Part shown: piece by piece, positions 19,696 to 30,334 of the stretch
Position numbering within the stretch: position 1 is the first letter of the stretch
Layout: each line of letters opens with the position of its first letter
Translations under genes and position numbers: made by a program
DNA from: an uncultured Gemmatimonadales bacterium
Lineage (GTDB): Bacteria; Gemmatimonadota; Gemmatimonadetes; Longimicrobiales; RSA9
Direction: 5' to 3'
NCBI GenBank assembly: GCA_963783305.1
Contig: CAWAMW010000017.1
Coordinates: forward strand, 448,001 to 512,000
DNA: 64,000 nt
Notes under the pieces: model-generated
Seen by the model: only the letters and a program-made list of their open reading frames with translations
Database searches by the model: none
What the model was told of the DNA's origin: nothing

Positions 19696-19800
19696 GGTGG
19701 CCGGTGGCGGTGGCCGGTGGCGGTGGCGGTGGCGGTGGCGGTGGCGGTGGCGGTGGAGGTGGCGGTGGAGGTGGCGGTGGAGGTCGGCGGTGGAGGTGGA
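19696..19800. repeat. (GGTGGC/GGTGGA)n hexamer microsatellite, about 17 units
   Basis: Directly visible in the intergenic sequence. Confidence 0.95.
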
Positions 19801-20095
19801 CGGCGGGCGGTGCGCGGGGTGGCGGGGAGCTCAGCCGTGGCTGGGCGGACACGGAGACCGCAGCCGTAGTTGGGCTGGCCTGTGCATGCGGCTGCGAAGG
19901 CCATGCCTATCATGGCCTCTGCAGCCCTGGACCTCGACCGGTCCAACCGCGGCTGCGGACGCCATGATCGTGATGGATAATGCCGCCATCACCATCGGCC
20001 CCTGCCCTCCCTGGCTGCGAACCCCGCGCCCGTTCGCTCCGATCCCGCGCCCGTGTCGGCGGCTCTTCGCCCGAGGTGGGCGAGACTCTGGGCGA

Positions 20096-20743
20096 TCAGC
20101 ACCGGTAGTAGGCGACCACGCGCTCCCGCACATCGCTCCGCGCCCGCTCCGCCACCGCCCCCACCGCGGGCAGCCCAGCCGGGAGCGCCCACAGGTGCGC
20201 CATCTCGAGCTGCGCATCCTTCGCCCCGGCCCCCTCGAGCGCCGCCCTGTCGATCCGCGGCGCGTACCATTTGGGGTTGCCGCGGGCGTCGTTCAGCGGT
20301 GCGGCCAGCAGCGCACCGGTCGGCAGTTCGCCGAGGATGATCCAGGGCCGGTCGCCGTCGTAGAGCGTGAGGTACGGCGCCGGCACCACCAGGCCGAGGA
20401 GGGGGCCGGGCCACACGAGCGACCAGACCCGGCCGCCCTGGAACAGGCACCGGGCGATGCGCGGGCGCGGCGAGGCGGTGCGGCCGACAGAGCCCAGGAC
20501 CATCCGCTCGTCGATCGCGCCGACCCAGGCAGGCGACCCCGCGTCGTCCACCCATGCCGCCAGCGTGAGTCGATTGTCCGGTGCCCGGAGCGCGCCCGGG
20601 TGCGCGGCGATCACCACCTCCGCCGTCGGCGGCGCGAACCGGAGCTTGCGCAGCTCCGCTTCGTCGAGCAGTACGAGCCCTCCCGGCTGGAGCCGCGCCA
20701 TCAGGTCCGCAGCCGGATCACGGGCTCGATCGAACCAGGACAT
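20096..20743 (-). CDS. Hypothetical protein, possibly PemK/MazF-like fold
   Basis: Protein-like ORF; the C-terminal half has RPWIIL...LLAAPLN...AQLEMAHLWAL...VGAV followed by a helix. Confidence 0.6.
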   Translation of the reverse strand: MSWFDRARDPAADLMARLQPGGLVLLDEAELRKLRFAPPTAEVVIAAHPGALRAPDNRLTLAAWVDDAGSPAWVGAIDERMVLGSVGRTASPRPRIARCLFQGGRVWSLVWPGPLLGLVVPAPYLTLYDGDRPWIILGELPTGALLAAPLNDARGNPKWYAPRIDRAALEGAGAKDAQLEMAHLWALPAGLPAVGAVAERARSDVRERVVAYYRC

Positions 20744-20975
20744 GCGGGCATGATGGTCCTCTCAGGTGCGCACAGTCATGGGACGACGGGTCCATGATAG
20801 TCGAAGAAGACAGGCACCGGAAGGCGATGCCCATGACCGCAGTCTTGTTCCTGATCGCCTCCTGATTGGCGGGCGCGTGTTCGGATCCGGAGGCGACTCT
20901 GGGTGAGTTCGAGACCTGCGAGTCAGTGGGGGTTCGTCTCCACACTCCTCGTCGTGCCACGTTCCGTACCGAGAC

Positions 20976-21054
20976 CAGGGTACGGAAACGCCCCAGCGGC
21001 CTAAGCCCCTGGGGCGTAACAACTTCCGAAACTCCCTACGGCCGCGGTAGGACT
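20976..21054. repeat. Left direct repeat (att-like): tRNA-Val trailer hairpin plus degenerate tRNA 3' end
   Basis: 20976-21030 matches 27414-27468 at 52/55 nt; it is followed by acggccgcggtaggact, versus atgggcgcggcaggact at the tRNA. Confidence 0.85.
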
Positions 21055-21097
21055 GACGGCGGATTCCGGCGGTACGTGGGCGACTCAGAAAACCTCG

Positions 21098-23500
21098 TCA
21101 GAACGAGGCCAGCACATCCGCCTCCGGCTCGGCCCACTTCTGATCGGTCCAGCGCGGCGACCGACTTTCCCCCGTTCGGGCGTGATGGCCGTTTGAACTC
21201 ACCGTTTCGACCCCCGACTCAGCCGTGCCGACTCGCCTCCCGCCACCGCCGCGCCCGTGGGGGGTCGTTTCGGCGAGCGTGAACAGCTGGACCATCTGCC
21301 GCATCCGCTCGGACTGGCTCGTGAGCTCCTCCGCAGCACTGGCCGCTTCCTCCGCGGTGGCCGCCGTGTTCTGCGTGACGCCGTTCATCTCCTCTACTGC
21401 GGTGTTGATCTGGTCCACGCCGTCCGTCTGCTGCTCGGACGCGGCCGCGATCTCCTCCATCACCTGACGAACGCGACCCACCCCCGCCTCGATCTCCCGC
21501 AGCCGATCCAGGACCTCATCCTGGACGGCTACGCCCTGTTCGGAGTTGGCGACGCTGTCTTCGATCAGCTCCGCTGTGTTCTTCGCCGCCTCGGCGCTGC
21601 GGATCGCCAGCGCGCGGACCTCTTCGGCCACCACCGCAAAGCCCTTTCCCGCCTCGCCGGCGCGGGCTGCTTCCACGGCCGCGTTCAACGCCAGGAGGTT
21701 GGTCTGGAACGCGATCTCGTCGATCGTCTTCACGATCTTCGCCGTCGCCTGGCTCGAATCCCTGATCCGGGTCATGGCTTCGCTCAAATGTCGGACGCTT
21801 TCCGCACCCTTCTGTGTGCTGTCCGCCGCCCCTTCGGCCATGCTCCGGGCCTCCTGAGCGTTCGCAGTGTTCTGACGCGCCATGCTGGCCATCTCCTGGA
21901 GCGAGCTGGATGTCTCCTCCAGGCTCGATGCCTGCTCGCTGGCGCCCTGCGCCAGGGATTGGCTGCTCCCGTTGATCTGCGACGCCGCCCCGGCCACCTG
22001 CTCCGCGGCCGCCGACACCTCGGTGAGGGTCTCGTTCAGGTTCTGCGCGGCCTGGTTCACCGCTCGCTTGATCCGCTGGTACTCGCCCGCGTACTCGCCA
22101 GTCATCCGGGCGCTGAGGTCTCGATCTGCGAACCGCTCCAGAACGGCTGCGGCCTCGTCGATGGGAACGCTCGCCGTGTCCAGGGTATCGTTGATCCCCT
22201 GCAGAACGGCCCGATACGCGCCCTTCACTGCCGTCGTATCGGCTCGCTCATTGAGGCGTCCGGTGCGACCCGCTTCCGTCAGCCGGGAGCTTTCGTCCAC
22301 GAGTGTCCGGAGCGAATTGCGGATTTCCTGGAGAACAGGAGCGATCTCGTCGCGGCAGTCTTCCGCGTCTTTCACTACCTCGATGTCGCCGGCCGCGAGG
22401 TTACGGATCGAACCCAGTACGCGGTCTTGCAGATCGTCAGCGAACGTGTTCAGGTCGCGGACGAGGATCCCGAGCTCGTCTTCCTGACGCACCTCCAACC
22501 GCTCGCTGAGGTGCCCGCGTCCGATTTCCCGGACGAATTCCCCGGCCTGTCTGATTCGATGGACCATGCCGCGCGTCAACCAGTACGCCAGGGCGAGCCC
22601 TACGAGCAGTACCGCCAGGCCGACCACGAGGACAATGGTCCGTAGCTGATTCAATAGAGACGCGTAGGGCGCGTGGTCGAGCGCGATCTCGAGGACGCCC
22701 ACCGGGTTGCCGTCGTAGTCCGGGAGAGGCCGGAGCAACACCGCCCGCTCTCCGCCGGCCCGCCGTCGGACCACGACCTCGCCGGCCGTGGCCTCGTCCA
22801 GCGCCCGCCGCAACTCTTCCGGCCCTGGCGCGCCTTCTCCGTCCACCATGGTGGTGCCGCGGGCCTCAAAGCCCTCGTCCATGACCTGATAGAAGGCCAT
22901 GTCGGCGTTGTACCTGTTCTTGAAGCGGTCGAAGAAGGCCTGGTCCAGACCCATCCCGAACTCCACGGTTCCCACGGACCGTCCCTCATGGTGCACGGGA
23001 ACGACCCCGCGAATGCCGATGCCGGCCACGCCGGACTCCAGGCCCCGTATGGTCCGATCCTCCGTGTTAGCGGTCACCACGGTGTGCCGGATGCTGGAGA
23101 GGTCGTCGCCGAACTTCTCGAGCTTGTGCAGGCGGAGGAAAGAGGTGGCAGGAGCCAGATGGAACTGGAACTGCTCGGTGCCGTACTCCTCGCTCAACAC
23201 GTCGAAGACCGGGGTGTACATGGCTCGGAGCGTATCGCGATTGCGGGCGGCGAATGCACTCTGCGCCATCGGCTCGCTCGCGGCGAAGGCGGCCAACGCC
23301 GTGGCCAGCCGCGCCTCTCCGGCGATTTCGGAGGTGGCGCTCCCGAACAACGCCGTCAGTTCCGCATGCTCCGCCCTGGCCACGGTGGCCTGGACCTGTC
23401 GGTAGGCCAGCGTCCCCAGCACCCCTACGGTGAGGACCAGCACCCCACCGATGCCGAGCATCAATCGGGTCCCGATCCTCATGTTCCTGAACCTGTTCAT
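21098..23500 (-). CDS. Methyl-accepting chemotaxis protein with a Cache-type (dCache_3-like) sensor and HAMP domains
   Basis: TM1, [16 protein letters not shown] sensor, TM2, HAMP (QEDELG), [35 protein letters not shown]-terminal DVLASF. Confidence 0.95.
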   Translation of the reverse strand: MNRFRNMRIGTRLMLGIGGVLVLTVGVLGTLAYRQVQATVARAEHAELTALFGSATSEIAGEARLATALAAFAASEPMAQSAFAARNRDTLRAMYTPVFDVLSEEYGTEQFQFHLAPATSFLRLHKLEKFGDDLSSIRHTVVTANTEDRTIRGLESGVAGIGIRGVVPVHHEGRSVGTVEFGMGLDQAFFDRFKNRYNADMAFYQVMDEGFEARGTTMVDGEGAPGPEELRRALDEATAGEVVVRRRAGGERAVLLRPLPDYDGNPVGVLEIALDHAPYASLLNQLRTIVLVVGLAVLLVGLALAYWLTRGMVHRIRQAGEFVREIGRGHLSERLEVRQEDELGILVRDLNTFADDLQDRVLGSIRNLAAGDIEVVKDAEDCRDEIAPVLQEIRNSLRTLVDESSRLTEAGRTGRLNERADTTAVKGAYRAVLQGINDTLDTASVPIDEAAAVLERFADRDLSARMTGEYAGEYQRIKRAVNQAAQNLNETLTEVSAAAEQVAGAASQINGSSQSLAQGASEQASSLEETSSSLQEMASMARQNTANAQEARSMAEGAADSTQKGAESVRHLSEAMTRIRDSSQATAKIVKTIDEIAFQTNLLALNAAVEAARAGEAGKGFAVVAEEVRALAIRSAEAAKNTAELIEDSVANSEQGVAVQDEVLDRLREIEAGVGRVRQVMEEIAAASEQQTDGVDQINTAVEEMNGVTQNTAATAEEAASAAEELTSQSERMRQMVQLFTLAETTPHGRGGGGRRVGTAESGVETVSSNGHHARTGESRSPRWTDQKWAEPEADVLASF

Positions 23501-23544
23501 GGGTCTATTCCTTTCGAGTCGCATCTATCCCGTAGGATGTCCCG

Positions 23545-24699
23545 CTACCAGGACGCCTGCATTTCCATCAACAGTAGGTTCGTGACCGCACCGCTCGGCC
23601 CGAGGTCGCGTCGCACGTAGTTGAGCTTCAGCGCCACCGGCGATTCAGCAAAGAAGTAGCTGCCGCCGATCAGGGCGTCCCGGATTTCTTTCACTTCGCC
23701 GGTCCCGTCGCGATCGGGATCCCAGGCGTCGTAGCGAAGGACGGCTTCCCAACGGCCGACTCTGTACGCGGTCAGCCCATAGTATCCGAGGCGGCGGACC
23801 GCTCCGTCGGTCGCCCGGATGACCTCTCCGCGCACCTTGACAGGGCCGTGGGCGAGGGCCACATCAGCACCCAGGCGGCGGCGCGCCTCGGTCTCCCCTC
23901 GTTCGCCACCCCACGCTCCAGAAACCCCCACACTCAACCCCGTCAGCGGCGTCCGGAATCCGAGGCGGCCGGCCACGGCCTTCGCGTCATCGCTGTCCGT
24001 GCCGTTCTGCCCTTCTCCCAGCCCGTTGAAGACGCCGACCGTGAGGTCCGTCTCGAGCGGAAGATCAACGCGAGCAGCGGCGCCGACATCCCGCACCTGG
24101 GTCAGTTTGCCGGTGCTCGCCAGAAGCGCCCGTTCGACCGTCTCGAGCTTCGATGACGAGAGTACGGACCCTTCGAGTCCCACGGGCAGCCGGAACTGAC
24201 CAACGTCCACCCTCAAGCCCGGCCGGCGGAAGCTCAGGTAGGCGTCCTGCAGCAGCAGACTCGCCTGGTTCGGCCGGGTCTCGCTCACCGTCTGGCTCGC
24301 ACCGACCGTCGCGTAGGAATTGCTCAGCTTCAGCGCCTTCGCCGGGTCCACGGAAAGCGTCCATGCGGCGGACCCGGAGAGATCGCCGCTGACCTTCAGC
24401 ATGGCTCTGCGCAGGCGGAAGCTACGGGGCGAGACGGCGTCCCCGTCCAGGTACCACGCCTGGAGCAGACCGCTGAACTTGAGGCCGATGAGATCAGCTC
24501 GAGTGGCTGCGCTGTCTGTCGCCAAGGTTCCAGGGTCGCCGGGAGAGGTCACGTCCGCCGTATCCGCCGTTGCGGGCAGCCGGCTCATGTTGGCCGACGC
24601 GTGCGCCGACAACGCAGGTTCGGGACTGACATGGCCAGCGTCACCCAGTCCTCCACCCCCCATGGCCCACGCACACAACACAACGACTCCGTTCCACAT
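23545..24699 (-). CDS. Porin, OprO/OprP (phosphate/anion-selective)-like
   Basis: FRLRRA.LKVSG, LQDAY, DVGQFRLPVGLE, RDVG, GVFNG.G, amphipathic C-terminal strand ending in W. Confidence 0.75.
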   Translation of the reverse strand: MWNGVVVLCAWAMGGGGLGDAGHVSPEPALSAHASANMSRLPATADTADVTSPGDPGTLATDSAATRADLIGLKFSGLLQAWYLDGDAVSPRSFRLRRAMLKVSGDLSGSAAWTLSVDPAKALKLSNSYATVGASQTVSETRPNQASLLLQDAYLSFRRPGLRVDVGQFRLPVGLEGSVLSSSKLETVERALLASTGKLTQVRDVGAAARVDLPLETDLTVGVFNGLGEGQNGTDSDDAKAVAGRLGFRTPLTGLSVGVSGAWGGERGETEARRRLGADVALAHGPVKVRGEVIRATDGAVRRLGYYGLTAYRVGRWEAVLRYDAWDPDRDGTGEVKEIRDALIGGSYFFAESPVALKLNYVRRDLGPSGAVTNLLLMEMQASW

Positions 24700-24986
24700 C
24701 TCGCTTAGCCCCGTTCAACCGTGGTCGTATCGCACTTCAACAGGGGAAGAGCCTCGGCGCTGCCACGTGGAACTTGAGGACAGCCGCCGTCTCTCCGTTC
24801 TCAAGGGGGCGCGTCGCGACAGAGGTAAAGATCAGGACGTAACGACCGACTATACGAGCAGAGGACATTCGAGGCATTGGCGACCAGTTAGGGCGAAAGT
24901 TCGCCATACAGCCACAGGCCGGCGTAACTCGCGCAGCAGATGACCCGCAGTCCGCAGCCGAGAGGAATCGATAGGTGATCAGGCTC

Positions 24987-27134
24987 ATGAACACGCGGAT
25001 CGGGGCTCGCCTGATGCTCGGCATAGGCGGAGTGCTGATCCTCACCGTAGCGGTGCTGGGGGGGCTGGCGTATCGGCAGGTCCAGACCACCGTAGCCAAG
25101 GCGGAGCGGTCGGAGCTGACTGCGCTGTTCCAGAGTGCCACATCAGGGATCGCTGGAGAGGCGCGGCTGGCTTCCGCGTTGGCTGCCTTCGCCGCAGCCG
25201 AGCCGAGGACGCAAAGCGCCTTCGCCGCCCGCGATCGCGACACGCTGCGGAGTCTGTACACTCCAGTCTTCGAGGCACTGAGCCGGGAGTACGGCGCCGA
25301 GCAGTTCCAGTTCCACCTGGCGCCCGCCACCTCCTTTCTCCGGCTCCACGAACCCGAGAAGTTCGGGGATGACCTGTCCGGCTTCCGCCAGACTGTTGTC
25401 GCAGCGAATACGGAGGATCGAACCGTCCGTGGCCTGGAGTCGGGCGTGGCCGGATTCGGAATTCGAGGCGTCGTTCCAGTGCACCACGCTGGAAAAGCGG
25501 TCGGTACCGTGGAATTCGGGATGCGTCTGGACCAGGCGTTCTTCGACCGCTTCAAGAACAGGCATGGTGCCGAAATCGCCTTCTATGAGGCGACGGAGGG
25601 AGGCTTCGTTCTCCGCGGCAGTACCCTGGCGGATGCGGAGGGCGCCCCACGACTCGCTGAGTTACAGCGGGCGCTGGACGCAACAGGGACTGGTGAGGTC
25701 GTGGTGCGCCGGCGGGCGGGCGCAGACCGAGCGGTTTTGCTGAGGCCGCTCGACGACTATGAGGGGAAGCCGGCAGGCGTTCTCGAGATTGCGTTCAACC
25801 GCTCGTCCTATGCGGCTCTACTCGATGAGTTCCGCGTCATGGTCCTCTTCGCCGGCCTGACCGTCTTGCTTGTGGGATTCGGTCTGGCGTACTGGTTGAC
25901 TCGCGCGATAAACCAGCAGCGCCAGCTCGAACAGCAACTGCAGAACGCGCAGAGGATGGAGTCGATAGGTCGCCTCACCGGAGGAGTGGCTCACGACTTC
26001 AACAACTTCCTGACCGTGATTCAGGGGTTCGCCTCGTTGATCGAGAGCCACGGAGATGAGTTGCACCAGGAAGTCCGTGAATCCACTGCTGAAATTGCTG
26101 GAGCTGCGCAGGGCGCGGCGACGCTGACGCGTCAGCTTCTGGCGTACAGCCGTCAGCAGGTCCTCGAGCCCACGGTGCTCGACCTGAACGCACTGATCGC
26201 CTCAACCCATAGGATGCTGGTACGGCTGCTCGGAGAGCACATCCAGTTCGACCTGAGGTTGTCGCCGGAGCTTGGTTGCGTGTACGCGGATGCAGGGCAG
26301 CTCCAGCAGGTGCTCATGAACCTGGCCGTGAACGCGCGTGACGCAATGCCCGAGGCCGGACGCCTGTCCATCGCTACGCGCAACGAGACGGTAGACGGGG
26401 CGCGGGCCGCGTCTCATCCAGCTTTCCAGCGGGGGCGCTACGTGGTCATGGAAGTAGCGGACACGGGCCACGGCATGGACAAGGCCACGCTGGACCAGAT
26501 CTTCGATCCCTTCTTCACCACCAAGGCGCCGGGCGAAGGCACGGGCCTCGGCCTTTCCACCGTCTACGGAATCGTGAAGCAGAGTGGTGGCTTCATCTGG
26601 CCGTACAGCGAACCGTCCATCGGGACGACATTCAGGATTTACCTCCCGGCCGCCTCACGCCGACCGTCGGCGCCCGAAGCTACGACTCCACGCATAACGG
26701 ACACCCTACTGGATGGCAGCTCGTGGAGCGTCCTCGTCGTGGACGATGAGGATCCGGTTCGACGTCTCGTCCGGAAGGCACTGGAGCGCCGTGCCTTCAC
26801 AGTCATGGAGGCGGAATCCGGTTCGGAGGCGCTGGCGATCCTGGAGCAGTCGACCGTATCCATCGACCTCCTCCTTACTGACATGGCCATGCCGGCAATG
26901 GGCGGAAAAGAACTCGGCGAACGGGCGCACCAGGTTCGGCCGGACCTCCCCATCGTGTACATGTCGGGCTACAGCAAGGACTTCCTCTCGCGACGGGGAG
27001 ATCTCGAATTCCGAGCCACCGTGCTCGAAAAACCGTTCACACCTGCGCGGCTGTTGGACGTCGTGGCCGAAACGATCGAGGCCCGCGGCGTGGCTGCAGG
27101 GCACGAGGCGACCGATCGACAACGCTCGGTGTAA
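24987..27134 (+). CDS. Hybrid sensor histidine kinase/response regulator (CckA-like) with a Cache sensor
   Basis: [10 protein letters not shown]-box, [27 protein letters not shown]; receiver VVDDE..TDMAMP..KPF. Confidence 0.95.
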   Translation: MNTRIGARLMLGIGGVLILTVAVLGGLAYRQVQTTVAKAERSELTALFQSATSGIAGEARLASALAAFAAAEPRTQSAFAARDRDTLRSLYTPVFEALSREYGAEQFQFHLAPATSFLRLHEPEKFGDDLSGFRQTVVAANTEDRTVRGLESGVAGFGIRGVVPVHHAGKAVGTVEFGMRLDQAFFDRFKNRHGAEIAFYEATEGGFVLRGSTLADAEGAPRLAELQRALDATGTGEVVVRRRAGADRAVLLRPLDDYEGKPAGVLEIAFNRSSYAALLDEFRVMVLFAGLTVLLVGFGLAYWLTRAINQQRQLEQQLQNAQRMESIGRLTGGVAHDFNNFLTVIQGFASLIESHGDELHQEVRESTAEIAGAAQGAATLTRQLLAYSRQQVLEPTVLDLNALIASTHRMLVRLLGEHIQFDLRLSPELGCVYADAGQLQQVLMNLAVNARDAMPEAGRLSIATRNETVDGARAASHPAFQRGRYVVMEVADTGHGMDKATLDQIFDPFFTTKAPGEGTGLGLSTVYGIVKQSGGFIWPYSEPSIGTTFRIYLPAASRRPSAPEATTPRITDTLLDGSSWSVLVVDDEDPVRRLVRKALERRAFTVMEAESGSEALAILEQSTVSIDLLLTDMAMPAMGGKELGERAHQVRPDLPIVYMSGYSKDFLSRRGDLEFRATVLEKPFTPARLLDVVAETIEARGVAAGHEATDRQRSV

Positions 27135-27413
27135 GCCGCCCACCCGTCTAAGAACCTGGCGCTGTCTTCACGAGGTCGATGCGGCACGACGGACCGGAGA
27201 ACGGCAGAGCGCAGACCTCATCCACGGCCCGGCCACTGCTACATTCTCCACTCCCAGATCACACCTCCTGGGAGGTATGGCACCCGAATTACAGGCGTGC
27301 AGCCACACCCTCGACTCCCCAGGGAACTCGAACCTGCGGAAGACGACAGCCCGTTCTTCTCGCTGTTCCGCCAGATCCGTCGCAGAAGCCGTCGAAGTCT
27401 TCCGTAGGTAAAT

Positions 27414-27468
27414 CAGGGTACGGAAAAGCCCCAGCGGCCTAAGCCCCTGGGGCGCAACGACTTCCGAA
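27414..27468 (-). terminator. Probable intrinsic terminator downstream of tRNA-Val (also the right direct repeat)
   Basis: Minus strand GCCCCAG-loop-CTGGGGC followed by TTTT. Confidence 0.6.
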
Positions 27469-27475
27469 TTTGCCA

Positions 27476-27549
<74 letters not shown>

Positions 27550-27673
27550 GAAGGGAGCGTAGCTCAGCCTCGTGACGCGAAGCGTTACGAGAACTACCTC
27601 TCCCGGACAGCAGATCCTTCCGCGGGAGCCTCACCACACATGGCGAGGAACCACTTCTCCCGACCTCACTTCA

Positions 27674-27746
27674 TACCCCCAGGGGGAATCGAACCCCCGT
27701 CTTCTGGCTGAGAACCAGATATCCTGGGCCACTAGACGATGGGGGC
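27674..27746 (-). tRNA. tRNA-Glu (CTC)
   Basis: GCCCCCATCGTCTAGTGG, TCTGG-TTCTCAG-CCAGA anticodon arm, GGTTCGATTCC; CCA not encoded. Confidence 0.97.
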
Positions 27747-27783
27747 CAGGACAGCCCGAAACTTAACGAAAGGGACCCGACGG

Positions 27784-28740
27784 TCAACCCCTCATCCGGG
27801 CCGCTACTGCCCACGCCAGCAGCGGCACCATGATCTCGTGGTGGCCCGTGATCTGGTACCCCACGCCGCCCCCCGTCCGCGTGGGCCGCTCCACCACGTT
27901 CACACGGCTCCGGTAGTGCCGGATCATGTCCAGGTCCACCGCCGTGAATGCCCGCGGCCGGCCGTCGTGGAGGTTCCTGCACACCGTGAGCGCCTTGAGG
28001 AACACTTCCGGCATGATCACGGCCGAGCCCAGGTTCAGCACGACCCCGCCCTCCAGCGCCGTCATCGCGGCGGCCAGCCGCCGGAAGTCCGTGTGGCTGG
28101 TGCCGCCGATGGCCGCACCGTCGGCGGCCGGGTGCTGGTGGATGATCTCCGCGCCGATCGCCGCGTGCACCGTGAACGGGACGCCCAGTCGGCGGGCGGC
28201 CAGCAGGAGCGACCGCTCCGGGTGCGCCAGGTCGTCGCGCGACTCGAGCGCCCGGCCGACGGCCTCTCCCAGGCCCCAGCCCTCCGCGGCGCCGCGCGTG
28301 ATCGCCTCGTTCATCTCGCGCCCGGTCTCCTCGGCCATCCCGAAGGTGCCGTCCGCCAGCCCCGCCTCCACGTCCTCGCTGGTGCCGCCCCAGCGCGCCA
28401 TCTCGTAATCATGGATGATGGCGGAGCCGTTGCTCGCCAGGTGGGTGATTACGCCCCGCTCCATCAGGTCGATGAGGACCGGGGCCACACCCGTCTTCAC
28501 GATGTGGCCGCCCATCATGCAGATCACACCGCGGCCACCCCGCGCGGCCGTAACGAGCGCGTCCACCACGGCCCGGAGGCTTCGGGCCTCCAGAATGTCC
28601 GGGAGCGAGTCGAAGAACGCGGCGAAGGAAGCGTCGCCGGAAGGCGTGCCGGCAAACTCTTCCGACCGCACCTTGTTGGGACGGCCGGCGACGGGCACGG
28701 TTCGCAGCTCGGACAGGTCGGCTTCTTCGGGTCGGTTCAT
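27784..28740 (-). CDS. Deoxyhypusine-synthase-like conserved protein
   Basis: MGGHIVKTG, HLASNGS..IHDYE, GTFGMAEETG, GSAVIMPEVFLKA, GHHEIM. Confidence 0.7.
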   Translation of the reverse strand: MNRPEEADLSELRTVPVAGRPNKVRSEEFAGTPSGDASFAAFFDSLPDILEARSLRAVVDALVTAARGGRGVICMMGGHIVKTGVAPVLIDLMERGVITHLASNGSAIIHDYEMARWGGTSEDVEAGLADGTFGMAEETGREMNEAITRGAAEGWGLGEAVGRALESRDDLAHPERSLLLAARRLGVPFTVHAAIGAEIIHQHPAADGAAIGGTSHTDFRRLAAAMTALEGGVVLNLGSAVIMPEVFLKALTVCRNLHDGRPRAFTAVDLDMIRHYRSRVNVVERPTRTGGGVGYQITGHHEIMVPLLAWAVAARMRG

Positions 28741-28777
28741 GGCCTGGGGTCGTCGGCCGGCGCGAGGCGCGGCCTGG

Positions 28778-29572
28778 TCAGCGGGTCGACAGCGGCTGGC
28801 CCGGGGTATAGCCGGTGAGCGTGAGCCCGAGTCGTCCGATGATCGGTACCTTGGAGCTCATCTTCACCAGGATCCTCCGCCAGTCGTCGGTGAAATACAC
28901 CTCCGCCTCGCCCCCCTCGCCGAACAGCCCGCTGGTCCGGATGATCGGCTGCACCACGACGACCGGCACGTCGCCACCCTGCGGGCCCCGCATGACCTCG
29001 CGGCGGAGCACCTTCAGCGTCACCGGATTGCCGGACTCCTTGTAGTAGCGGTTCAGCGTGTACGTGCGGCCGGGCTCCAGATCGAGCGTACGGACGTAGT
29101 AGAGGAACGAGACCTCGTCGAGCGGCTCATCCGATGCGAGCGGCTCGGTCTTCCCGCTGTCCCGGTGCTGGTAGATCATGCGTTCCGGGAAGAAGTCGTA
29201 GGATCGCTCGGAATTGTATGTGATCTCGTGCTGCCGCTTGTAGTGCCGACGGGCGAAGAGCTGGTCCACGTCCAGCCACGACTCGAACAGATCGTCCACC
29301 GACCCCACCAGGACCTTGCCGTTCAGGCCGAACTGGAGGTGATACGTGGCGTGGCCGTGCACCCGCTCGGTGCCCACCACCTCCATGTACCCGGTGCCGA
29401 CCTTGCCGAAGATGCCCAGCGAGACCTTGTACTCCGCGCGCTCGCCCGGCCCGAACGGGACCATGTCGGGAGCGGCGCCCAGCGGCGCGCCTCCCTGTGC
29501 CGAGGCGATCGGTGGGAGCAGCATGAGGATCGCGACGGCGATGAACGCCGCCCGGTGCAACCGGCGCCTCAC
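28778..29572 (-). CDS. DUF3108-like exported protein
   Basis: Signal peptide, PFGPGERAEY, PLDEVSFLYYVR, YFTDDWRRI. Confidence 0.75.
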   Translation of the reverse strand: MRRRLHRAAFIAVAILMLLPPIASAQGGAPLGAAPDMVPFGPGERAEYKVSLGIFGKVGTGYMEVVGTERVHGHATYHLQFGLNGKVLVGSVDDLFESWLDVDQLFARRHYKRQHEITYNSERSYDFFPERMIYQHRDSGKTEPLASDEPLDEVSFLYYVRTLDLEPGRTYTLNRYYKESGNPVTLKVLRREVMRGPQGGDVPVVVVQPIIRTSGLFGEGGEAEVYFTDDWRRILVKMSSKVPIIGRLGLTLTGYTPGQPLSTR

Positions 29573-30315
29573 GCCGTTCCGCCCGCGGGACGGCGTCTCG
29601 GCTTGAGCAGGCGAGCCAGCTCACGGGAGGTCGGGACCGGCCGGAACCGGCTCTCCCGCTGCAGTCGCTCGTAGCGCACCTCCACGTCCACGGCCTCGGT
29701 GCGGCGCGAGTGCGGGACCACGTGCCCCAGAAGCTCCGCGTTGGCCGCCCAACCCTCCGTGCTGATCAGCGGCGCCGAGCCCTGCGCCTCCATGGCCCTG
29801 AGCAGCACCATGACGCGGTACGCCCTGAAGCCCGACAGCACGTCGCCTTCCACCTCGCCGCCGTGGACCCGCCGGAGCAGGTAGTGCCACGCCGTCCGCG
29901 TCCACCGGAACGCTCTCGGCGCTGAGCCCGCGACAATGTGCATCCGGCCGGTCACCACGTCCGCGCCCCCCTCGATCCGCTTCACCAGCGTGACCACGTC
30001 CCCCGGCTCGTCGGTGAAGTCGGCCTGGAGCGTCACCACCACATCCCGCTTCGGGTACGCCGCCCGGTTCGACGCTTCCCGCACCAGCGCCTCCAGCGAC
30101 GACGCGTACCCCTCGCGGCTCTCGTTCCTCCGCACGTGGATCGGCATGATCCGGGTGTAGGGAGTGATGACATCGGACGTCCCGTCGGTGGACCCGTCGT
30201 CCACTACGAGGACCTCGTAGTCACGCTCGAACTCCGCCATCACCTCCCGGATCTTCCACAGCACGACCCCGATGGTGCGCTCTTCGTTGTATGCCGGTAT
30301 GCAGATATAGATCAC
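29569..30315 (-). CDS. Glycosyltransferase family 2
   Basis: IYICIPAYNEE, VVDDGSTDGT, QAD, SGFRAYR. Confidence 0.9.
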   Translation of the reverse strand: MIYICIPAYNEERTIGVVLWKIREVMAEFERDYEVLVVDDGSTDGTSDVITPYTRIMPIHVRRNESREGYASSLEALVREASNRAAYPKRDVVVTLQADFTDEPGDVVTLVKRIEGGADVVTGRMHIVAGSAPRAFRWTRTAWHYLLRRVHGGEVEGDVLSGFRAYRVMVLLRAMEAQGSAPLISTEGWAANAELLGHVVPHSRRTEAVDVEVRYERLQRESRFRPVPTSRELARLLKPRRRPAGGTA

Positions 30316-30334
30316 TTGGAGCTCATTTCGATCA

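Larger units (their letters stand above)
21055..27413. mobile_element. Integrase-less genomic islet at tRNA-Val(CAC)
   Basis: Bounded by the direct repeats; visibly more A/T-ending codons than the flanks; no recombinase gene inside. Confidence 0.65.

Noticed and set aside
19469..19967. Poly-Pro, poly-Gly and (RW)n ORFs
   Set aside because: Translations of the GGTGGC microsatellite, not credible proteins.
20863..20865. Selenocysteine recoding of the in-frame TGA
   Set aside because: It falls within a signal-peptide-like stretch with no recognisable SECIS or redox motif; a nonsense mutation is more likely.
27553..27600. Third tRNA on the plus strand starting GGGAGCGTAGCTCAGC
   Set aside because: No anticodon arm, T-arm or acceptor 3' strand follows; reported instead as a leader hairpin.
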